DNA from: Parasitella parasitica NRRL 2501 | Lineage: Eukaryota; Fungi; Mucoromycota | Direction of reading: 5' to 3' | Assembly (NCBI GenBank): GCA_025201805.1 | Contig: MU619250.1 | Coordinates: 86,425 to 150,424 of the forward strand | DNA length: 64,000 nucleotides | Shown here: positions 54,140-64,000 of the stretch, piece after piece | Position numbering within the stretch: the stretch's first letter is position 1 | Layout: the number at the start of each line of letters is the position of its first letter | Made by a program: the position numbers and the translations under genes | The notes under the pieces: model-generated | Told to the model about the DNA's origin: nothing | Databases searched by the model: none | The model's input: only the letters and a program-made list of their open reading frames with translations

Positions 54140-57100
54140 ATGCCCAGAGGAAAGAAAAATAGTGTGGTAAGTAAGATCATACGGTTGTAGTATTAGACAC
54201 CTTGTCTAATGATTTCTAGACCGAAGCTTCTTCACAGAGATCTCTTCGTACAGTGCCTGATATGTTCAAAAAGCAAAAGGCTGGTAAGCAATACACACAC
54301 AGAAATCACTTGACAGTGGGTAAATTGATTGTTTCTTTTCTCGTTTCTAGTTGAAACCAGAAGAAGAATCATCCAAGACGATTCCAGCGAAGAAGAGCAA
54401 GATGAAGATGAATTAAACTCTTCGGATAGTAATTCTGACAGTGACAAAGACACAAGATCTAAAAAAACAAAGAGGAGACCTGCTGCTGCTCCTGCTAGGA
54501 GAAAGGCAACCAAGACTGTCCCCTCTGCTTTTCTCAACAATAGTAGCCAGCTGTTGATACCAGTTACTCAAGATCCATCGACCCAAGAGAGTTTATATGG
54601 TAAATATAGACTAGTCGTGGCAGCAAATACTTGACACTTAGATGCCCTTTTTTCTTTTTTGGTAGACAAGGCATTGATCTCAGAGATTGATATGGAAGAA
54701 GTTGCCGAGGATTGGGTTGAGCAATACAAAAACAACCAGCCTGCGGCTTTGAGAAGCTTGATCAATTTTGTCATTCGCGTACGTAGCAACACCTTTGAAA
54801 TTTTTGCTTTTGCTGACATTTTCGAATTTAGAGTTCGGGCTGTCCCATGGCCATTACTATTGATGCATTAAATCAAGAAGATGGCTCATTCGACGCACTC
54901 CAGGAACTTCAAGCTGAACTTGTCAAGGTAAGCTACTAAAGACAAATGACAAAACCACAAACACCTGACTGCATGAAACCAGCTTCCACCCACAGAATAT
55001 CCTATTATCAGTAGACACAACGAATTCAAGACCTTGAAACGCAACATTTTGCTGTTTTTCCATCAATTGATCGAGATTTGCCAACATAAAACCATTTATG
55101 ACGGCGTGCTGATTGAGACATTGCAAAATTGGCTGACAACCATGTCGAGTTCCACCTATCGTCCCTTCCGTCATACAGCAACACTTGTCAGCCTCCGAAT
55201 CATCAACCAGTTATGTACTGTTGCTGAAAAGGCGCAGGAAACACTGGACAATGCCAAGAGACAATTGATAGCTGCTGAAACTGGAAATAAGAAGTCTATT
55301 AAAACTCGAATCGCAACATTGAAGCAGACCTGTGTGGCTGAAAGTCGCAAATGCAAAAATTTACAAGAATACCTCAAAGAGTTCTTTGACAACATCTTTG
55401 TTCATCGTGCCCGTGATGTCGAGTCTGTAATTCGTCATGAATGCTACAAGGAATTGTGCAACTGGATGTTGAACTATCAAAGCTTCTTTGTGCACAATGA
55501 CTATATTCGTTTTTTCGGCTGGGCATTCAACGACCAGAGTGCCAATGTTCGTTCCGAAATTCTCAAATCACTCACCAAGCTGTACAAGGTGGAAGCCATT
55601 GCGACTCAATTCCGGCCTTTTACTCAGCGTTTCAAGGGCCGTATTGAAGAGATGGCTTTGTACGACGTGGACGTTTCTGTGCGTGTCAATGCAATTCAGT
55701 TGTGCAGTCTTCTTTACAAGCAGAAGATTGACGTTCTTAGTGCAGAAGGCCATAGTCAATTGACAAACATGATTGCTTCTGATGCTCCTCGTGTCCGTAA
55801 ATCAGCCGCTCCCTTTGTAAAGGTGCTGATCGATACAAATGTGATAAAACCTTTAGTGGCCAAGGTCACCAAAGCGTTGACAGGCAACACTCGTCGTTCT
55901 GCAAAAAAATCTACTACACCTGTCAACACGACCTGGGTCACTTTCAAGGCCATCTCCGCCTTTCTTGTTTCACAGTCTGCCAGCATCTTGGAAAAGGAGA
56001 GTACAGATGAAATGCAGGTTGATTTGGAATCTTTGACCAGCACATTGGTTGAGAAGCGCAACTTTATCATTACCAACACTGTTGAAGCTCTTTGGGAGCA
56101 GATGCCTCAGCTGCAAGATTTTGAAGCCCTGTCTGACTATCTCTATCGTGATCACTCGCAATCCCAACGACAGGAAGACGACGATGCAATGGATACGGAA
56201 ATCAATGTTGAGATTGACGATTGCTACAGATTGACTGATGATGAAGAAACTATTCTGGTCAATGTTTATGTCGCCTGTATTCGCACTGCCATGTCAAAGG
56301 GACTTGACAAGAATATGCCCGAAAGCAAAGACAAGCGAAAGCTGGATGACACATTTTGGGAGGAAAACAAGAATGAACTTTCACGCCATCTAGTCCAATC
56401 ATTACCCAAACTACTGTCAAAGCATTTGGATGACACGAATCGTATGACACAGCTCGTCACTCTTCCTACTCTGATGAATCTGAACGTCTACGCAGAATTG
56501 CGAGCTGAAAGAGCATACGAAAACCTGTTGGAGACGCTTATGCGAGTTTACCTTGGTGCTATTTTAACTGAACTTTTGATCAACTGCGCCGAGTCTCTTC
56601 AACATCTGTCAAAGAACACAAGTCTCAACGAGCTTAATCAGCTCCATTTTATGGAACTGAAAGAGTCGGTTGTGAACCAAGTCAGAGAAGCATGTAGTGG
56701 CAAAGATTTAGTTACTTGCAACTACACACGGGCTCTTATTCACTCTGTTTCCGTCAGTATGCTTCGCTTATCCTATTTGATCAATTTCTGTGACCCTACA
56801 ACTGCCATGGAGGACTCTCACGGCACAAGTATGAATGTGCTCGAATACACTGGTGCATTGGCCGAACGCGCTGCATTTGGCAATGAAGAGGAAAAGAACA
56901 TAAGTATCAACGCATTAGCTACTCTCTCTCGCTACATGATGTGGAAATGTCAAAGCCTCTCCTCGTCTATCGACACCAATGAACTTGGTCTTGTCATTGA
57001 GCGTCGTCGTGATTGGGTCATGGACAAGTATACAGAACTTGTCAGAGGTAAAGACGTCAGTCCCTTGTTCGATGTTCGAGTCGCTGCCTTTGGCCATTTG

Positions 57101-58296
57101 ATCGATATCTATTGGTTGTTTACTAGCGATCTTTTTGAAAGCTATGGTTTGAATCGATTAAAGATCAAATGTCCTAACGATCTTCAGCAAGTATGTGCTG
57201 ACCTTGTCAAGGAACAAATCAACAAGGTTAAAACTAGCTTGGACGACTTTGATCAAGACGACAAGGCCTCCAAGCAAACACTCGTTACTGAAAAAGACTT
57301 TTTACACAGCCTCATGACAAGTTTCTCTCGAGGTGTTCTTATGGGAGTGTTTGACATCCATTACGCCACGTTTATTCTGAACCAGTATGGTGCCACTGAT
57401 TCTAGTTTAGATGATGTTATCAAATCCTTGTTGGCCGAGTTCCAGGAAGACTTGATTACTGGTGAAATTGCAGCTGATGGCATTTGCAGAGCCTATCTAG
57501 AGGCATTAAAGAACGTAAGTTTCAAGAGTATTTACAATCTCGTTTTTGTTGTATATTGATCAAAATCATCGAAATCCTAGTCATTCAATTCCAACGTCTC
57601 TGACTCGGCCCGATCTATCGATAAAACACTCAAACTAGCTCGATTAGAGGCCAATTCATTGAAGCGTGCCGATTTACAGAATGCTGCTAGAAAGGTTCCT
57701 CCTCACATTGTTTGCGAGCGTATTCATCTTGATGGCATCAGTTTCTGTTTAAACAAGGCTGCTGATGCGTATAGAAACAGCAAGGATGACGAGAGAGACA
57801 ATGCTCTCAAATTCTTCAAGATTCTAGCCGTGTTCACGTCTGGCCTTACTCGTGCTCGCGATATTGCTAAAATGTAAGTGTCCTCTGCAGCACAACGTAG
57901 TGCGACTTTACTTAAATTTTCTGCGATTCACTAGTCATAACCACTTGGAAGATTGTTTACAGCAAACGGGATTGTATGTTGAAGAGGGCAAAAAGGAATG
58001 GGAACACTATACATCGTATATCCAATCCATTGATCAAATCTTGAAGAATAAGGGTCTTCGATATGGTAAGGATTTGCTGCTGATCTATACTAGTCCATGA
58101 CTAAATCATCCAAACAGATGCCACCAAGAGAGCAAACAATGCTGAAACACCAGCAGCACATGTATTTAATGATGTCAATTTGGGCAATATGATGGATGAT
58201 ATTGACGTAGAGCCCACTCAAGAAACAAACAAACGTACCTTGGTTGAGGTCGAGATGGATATTGACGAAGAATCTGTCCCCAAGAGAAGACGTTAA
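54140..58296 (+). CDS. SCC3: Cohesin subunit Scc3/SA (STAG domain), multi-exon
   Basis: WLTTMSSSTYRPFRHTATL, IFVHRARDVESVIRHEC, YIRFFGWAFND and RFKGRIEEMALYDVDVSVRVNAI. Confidence 0.94.
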
Positions 58297-58337
58297 GTCA
58301 TGTAAATAACCCTCCCCTCCCCCACCCCCACTCTCCA

Positions 58338-58398
58338 CTCTCTTTCTCTTTCTCTTTCTCTTTCTCTTTCTCTTTCTCTTTCTCTTTCTCTTTCTCTT
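58338..58398. repeat. (TTTCTC)n hexanucleotide microsatellite between convergent SCC3 and SDR genes
   Basis: Seen directly in the sequence. Confidence 0.9.
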
Positions 58399-58438
58399 TT
58401 ATTAAAATCATTTCTGTATCCTGTAATAAAAATATCCG

Positions 58439-59597
58439 TTATTTTTTATTGTCAATGGATCGTCGATACACTGTCGTAGCTGCTGCTTGAGCAGTAGGGA
58501 AAACTAGCAAGATTTGATGAATACAACATGCTCAAGGATATGTAAATATTTCATTTTTCTTACCCAACATATCGCAAATGTTGACATGAGGCGGTCTAGA
58601 TGCAGTGAATGTCACTAGTTCAGCTGCATTCGTATTTAATGTTAATTTGTTGTATGTAACATTATCAGCTACGTGCATATATAATAATACTTGCCAATAT
58701 CCTGTCCCACTAATGGGTCAACGCCCTTATAAACATTATCCGCTTTTTCCTTGTTCCCGTCAAAACGCACAGTGGAAAATTCCGTGTTAACCATGCCAGG
58801 GCAGATTTGGCTGACACGAATTGGTGAATCCATAAGCTCAAAAATCAAGGATCGAGTAATTGCGTCAACGGCATGCTTGGAAGCTGTAAGATTTGATTTG
58901 GCAGTTAGCATTATAGGTCCCTCCCTCTTGGATCCAGAAATATATACCACAATAAATGCTTCCTCCGGGATAAGCTTCTTTTCCAGCGACTGATCCAATG
59001 TTGATAATATGGCCCCTATTATTTGACTTCATACCGGGCAAAATTGCCTGAGTCAAGAACACAAGACCTTTGACATTTGTTTCAAACATGGTTTCAAATG
59101 CATCTTCAGTTACGTCTGCCAAATGATCCAAGCCAATAACAAGACCAGCATTGTTCACCAAAATGTCAATGTCGTTTTTCTGTGGCAAGTTTGATATGGC
59201 AGCGTCAATATTCCTCTTTTGACGAACATCCAAAGACAGCGTATCCACTTTGATGTCCTTATGGCTCTGTAAGAGTTCATTTTTCAATGCCTGCAATCGT
59301 TCTGATCGACGGGCTGCCAAAATCTATAATATCATGAAATTTAGTCCTTTGCCATGCCCGTTCTCTAACGGAAAATCCTCCCCACCAGATTTGATCCTTG
59401 TTTAGCAAATTCTCTAGCGCAGGCCTCGCCAATACCTGCCGAAGCGCCTGTACTATAACGTTTTCGATTTGTTAAATGCAATACTTCTTTCCTTCTCATT
59501 TGTATGTCACCTATTCATACATTAACACGTTTTTACCTTGAAGACGAGCATGGTAAAACCTCTTGTGTACTAGACTAAATGCTTGTTTGAACAACAT
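58439..59597 (-). CDS. Short-chain dehydrogenase/reductase, YMR226C/YdfG-like NADP-dependent 3-hydroxy-acid dehydrogenase
   Basis: TGASAGIG, AARR, LDV, LVNNAG, IGSVAG, YC|ASK (YxxxK) and PGMVNTEFSTVRFDG. Confidence 0.93.
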
Positions 59598-59947
59598 TTT
59601 ACGCGGAAGAAAGGCTAAAATTATCTAATTCGAAGTGGACAAATCTTACAACCCAAAACACGTGATATACATCTGTAATTTCAGCAGTGGTTGCATCATT
59701 AAATGTACAATTATCAGCTTTGTTTGACGACTATTAAGCGATGTGTTGTTTTTACACAGGTGTTATTTTGCGGACAGAAATAACGCTTGATTTTATTAAA
59801 TGTCAATTATGCACGATGAATTTCAGTTTGCAATTGGTTCACAAGTCTATCTTGCATGGGATGTTAGACGCACGATTAAAATAAATTTAAACTTTGAATA
59901 CCTTATAAGCTGAGCATTTTCATCAATATGTGCTGCACAACCCTTCT

Positions 59948-62444
59948 TCATATCCTGTAAAAGTGCATTGCTGTTCTTGGAGATTGTTTCCCAATGAGTT
60001 GCTCTGTCTTGTAATTTGACGGATCTCTGTTCGTAATCGCCAATTCTAGCCTATAGAATTGTATAAATATGTTAGAAAGCAGAAAAGAAAGCCGGCTTTT
60101 TCCGTCTAGGAATAGTGCCCATAACAAAATGAACACTGTCCCCACAATGCAACTTTCGGTATAAACTGAAACTCACCTCATATTCCTCAATATACTGCCG
60201 GTATTTGTCAATGGTCTTGTTGTTCTCGATCTGCAGTCTCTCGACGTCCTTTTGCTTAGCTGCTACTAAAGCCTTCACACGATAAGCGTAATCTTCCAAT
60301 TCGCGGTTTTTAGAGTCAACTACAAATTGATACTGCTCATGCATTGTTCTCAACTCCTTGCGATGTTGTTCTGAAATGCGAATGAGACGCTCTTCATTCA
60401 AGATGCCGCTGCCTACCACGATCCCGCTATTGGGGCGTGTGGGAGAGCTAGGTGGAGTGGCAGCAATCAATTTCTGCTCCAAGCTAACTATCTTCTTTCG
60501 CAATTCTTGCAATGCGTTTGCCTTTTCATGAGCCATTCGATTCATTTGAGTTTCATGAGTCTCCTTAATCTCAGCCATCCTCAGCTTCAAATCCTCGAGT
60601 TCCTTTTGCTTGGTATCCAAGCGATTCAAGCATTCTTGGTGAATACTCTTAATAGGCTCATGTGGCGCTGTTGAATCGTTGATATCATCTTTGTTACTGG
60701 ATGAAGTTGGTGAGGACTTGGCAGTGTGCTCTAGTCTGACAGTTGCTGCTTCCAAGGAATTCTGCAAGGCTTCCACCTGGTACAGAAGGTCTTCAATCTG
60801 ACTCGACTGCTCCTCAATTTGAGCCTCCTTATTCTCATACGTTTCATTCAACTGTTCCATCTCTTGGGCATGTGCTTGTTTTAATGCATAGATAGCTTGT
60901 GCATGAGCCTGATCTCTTCTTTGGATTTCGTCGTGCAGCTGATCCAATTGCTGCTGAGTGCTTTTGGTTTTTTCCAGCCATGCCTGTGCTGTATCGTCGC
61001 TGCCATTCTGCAGAATTCTGATTTCTTCTCTGTATCTTTTTTCCAATGCTTCAGTCGTATGCTGAGATTGGCGTTTGAAGTTTTTCAAAGCAGTGGCAGC
61101 GGAATCAAGCTCGTTTTGCACTTTTCTTAATTGGCTATTTGTCTGAGCATCCTCCATATCTTGGATTTGTTGCTTTAGCATAGATATTGTGGATTCTTGC
61201 TCTTTTTTGTAGATTTCATGCAATGCTTTTTCATTGTTTAATTCCTTGGTAAACTTCTCCTTTTGAGCCTATTCTTGGTAAAGTACAGAAATAAAGGAGT
61301 CAGTGCTTTGAATATTATATATATATTTAAATGTCCTTTTTTTTTTACCAATGAAGCTAACCCATGATCTTTCACCAGCTGCTCTTGCTTTTGGCTGTAT
61401 TCTGCTTCCAAGCCTTGGATCTTTCTGTCGTTTTCTTGGTGTAACGCCTTTTTGAGAGCAGCTAATTCAGATTTCAATTTTTCTTCCTGATCTTGCAATA
61501 GTTGATCCATTTCCATTTTATGCAGTCTCCCGAGTTTGGCCTCAATTTCCTTTTGCTTTTCATATAAATACAATTTAGTAAATTTTAAAATTGGACCCAT
61601 AACCGTACTTACAATACGCTGATTGTCGCCATCATCCATGTTCTTGTCAGCATTCTAGTAAAAAAAAAAAAACATGTCAATCGCTGTATGGGGACGATCG
61701 TTCAGGAAGTTACCGATTTTAATTCGTTTTCAAGTGCTTGTATTTTAGAGTCTAGTTCTGAAATTTCTGTTTTACTCTATTCACTATATTTTAGTTGCTA
61801 CAACATTAACGACCCATAAAATCGATTCTGTACCTGAATTTTTAATTTTGATTCATTTTCTTTCAAACTCTGAATTTCTTTATCTTTTTCGATAAGCTAA
61901 AAAAAAAAGCAAATTCTTACTTAGGTTATCGAATTCAAAATGCTATGTAGACAATGCTCACCTGTTCCTTCAAAGCCTGTATTTCTGCTAGCGATTCTAA
62001 ACCAGCGGGCGTAGATAACCTTTTGCTAGCAATGGACGAGCCGGATGTTGAATTACTGACATTGACAGATTGTCTTCGAACGAGTGGCGACTTGGATGCT
62101 CTTGTATTCGAAACTGTTGGCACAATGGATGATCGTCGGTTTGGGTTGGGTGAAGGAGGTGCATTTGCTGCACCATTCACAGTTGTACGATCTACCTTAA
62201 TAGGAGAAGGCGCACCCTTTCTGGTAGCTGTTGGCGGACTAGGGTTCGAAGATATGACCCGAGTTCTCGAGGACGAAGGTGAAGTTGGTTTGGTTGTCTT
62301 TCTACCTAGAGTCGATGGAGGAGAGACTGTTGCCTTTGGCGTTGTCGGCGCAGACACTACTCCGCCTGCGTTGATGCCTAATTCTGACAACAAAGACTTC
62401 CTCTTGTTGGCAGATGTTCTTTTAGCACCCACCTTTTCAGACAT
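59948..62444 (-). CDS. Uncharacterised long coiled-coil protein with basic Ser/Pro/Thr-rich N-terminus, multi-exon
   Basis: Heptad-rich E/Q/K/L ORFs (60072-61223, 61238-61639) linked by GT-AG introns to a low-complexity first exon. No recognisable catalytic motif. Confidence 0.75.
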
Positions 62445-62859
62445 TTGCTCAAAAAGTATTTGAGGAAAAAGAAAAGAAAAAGAGAATGAAGAAATCGAGA
62501 AAAAAAAAGGGGTTGCTATGAAATATTTTTTTTTCTAGTGCAACATAAATCTGTTGCAAGACAGAAGCATGTCCAATTTGGGAATGGAAGCACGAAGCTT
62601 ATTTTTATGTAACCAAATGACAACTTTTTGATCTATTAGCACACATAACATCGCATAGTTTTTCATCAGAAAGAATCAAGAATTCTTATGGTCAAGGTTA
62701 CACTCTATTTACTCCAAAACTCAACCAGGAACTATCTTTTACAATGTTCAATGGCTGCATTGATGACTCTCGTGACTATGATAAAATGTCATTAAAGCAA
62801 AAGAAAAATGTTTCAGTTGTCTTTTCCTATCTCATAATAATAATAATAATAAAGTAGGG

Positions 62860-64000
62860 ATGAGCCATTTGTTCAAAGAAAAGACGTACACGCACTTGAC
62901 CTATTGCGACGCTTGCAAACAGCTATTATGGGGTGTAAGAAAACAAGGATTTCAATGTAGAGGTAAAGTAAACATACATCATGTCGAGATATATGGCGGT
63001 GGTGTTAACAATTGGCCAGGATGCGGCTATAATTGTCATCGAAAATGCCAAGCAGCAGCAGGCAAATGCTCTCGTGCTGTTGCGCAAGGGTTCTTGGAAG
63101 ATGCAGACCATAAATCCGACTCGCGAGCAGAGAGCTATTTACGTCAACTATCCCAAAAGTCAACTGCTAATGACCGTCGATCATCTACGGCTTCAAGCAC
63201 AACTACTACTAGTCCAAAGCATACTTCAGATGGCAGTACAAGCGTCTATCAGTCAGCATTCAAACATGTGAAAGCCATTGCAACATCAGACAAGCTTCAA
63301 AATATCTTGGCAGAAGCAGCTACAACCCAGCAAATGCCTGTGAATGCATATTTGGCCAAACAAGCACCTCTAAATCCCCAAATCACAGCTAGGAATTTCA
63401 CTCGATTTGTATCTCGATGCGGGCCTGTTTTTGCATTCAGAGACGAACTTTTGTTATTGTTGAGCTGGGAAAACAGAGTCGATACACTGGTTTCTCTAAT
63501 CATTTACTGCATAGTTTGTATGTCGGCTGAACTCAGAGAAATCAGAGACGATGTGTTTAACGTTACAATGCAATAGGCTTACATCCCAAAATGATCTTCC
63601 TTGCGCCTCAAACAATCCTCTTTTATTTTATACTATCCAGTTACCCTAAAAGAAGAGCCTCTAGCCACGTTAATTCAAAGGATAAAACCAAACAGACAAA
63701 AGTGGACAAGCAACCTTCGGTGGACAAATTCCATAAACGGCCCCAATATGATACGCCCACTTTGTTTCCATTCAATCTCTCGACATTGTTCCAACCTGCT
63801 TCTGACGAATCTCCTGAATACTTGCGAAATCTGCAAAATATACAAAACACGATGGGCGAATTCAGTGATATGTATGATTTGATCATGTCGCAGATAAATC
63901 AATTGAATTGGTCATCCGAGGAGAAAACAATGCGTATTCTGCAATTAATAATCGTCTCCAGCATCTTGGTATCTTTGGCGCTTTTTATCATACCCATAAA
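62860..64000 (+). CDS. C1 (DAG-binding-type) domain plus Pex24p/Pex28-32 family membrane domain protein; runs off the window
   Basis: HLFKEKTYTHLTYCDACKQLLWGVRKQGFQCR|GCGYNCHRKC (C1). LNPQITARNFTRFVSR...LLSWEN and SPEYLRNLQNIQNTMGEFSD...LNWSSE match the Pex29-like domain. Confidence 0.85.

Overview
Gene-dense, AT-rich fungal scaffold, most likely Mucorales (Mucoromycota), judged from many ~50-70 nt GT-AG introns, gene content and transposon type. It has three assembly gaps. The left end is transposon debris: the 3' end of a Tc1/mariner element and a decayed Helitron helicase. About 23 protein-coding genes follow, mostly spliced: a PDR-type ABC transporter, Mpk1/Slt2 MAPK, MFS transporter, C2H2 factor, Ptm1/TMEM87, ribosomal eL33, SLC35F6-like transporter, a tandem double Hsp70-like (HSPA12-type) protein, GDSL esterase, an EXD2-type HNH protein, Prp6, Tea4/Bud14, a SMAP protein, Atp4, Sqt1, casein kinase I, a histidine phosphatase, SDHAF3, PGM2, Scc3, an SDR, a coiled-coil protein and a partial C1-Pex24p protein. 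The best-supported hidden element is an intergenic U13/snR45-type box C/D snoRNA (18S acetylation guide) at ~50749-50899 on the - strand. More speculative signals are an unassigned three-hairpin region (22782-23087), possible alternative terminal exons of Ptm1 flanked by complementary introns, and the double Hsp70-like architecture. Exon boundaries were read by eye; nothing was run computationally.
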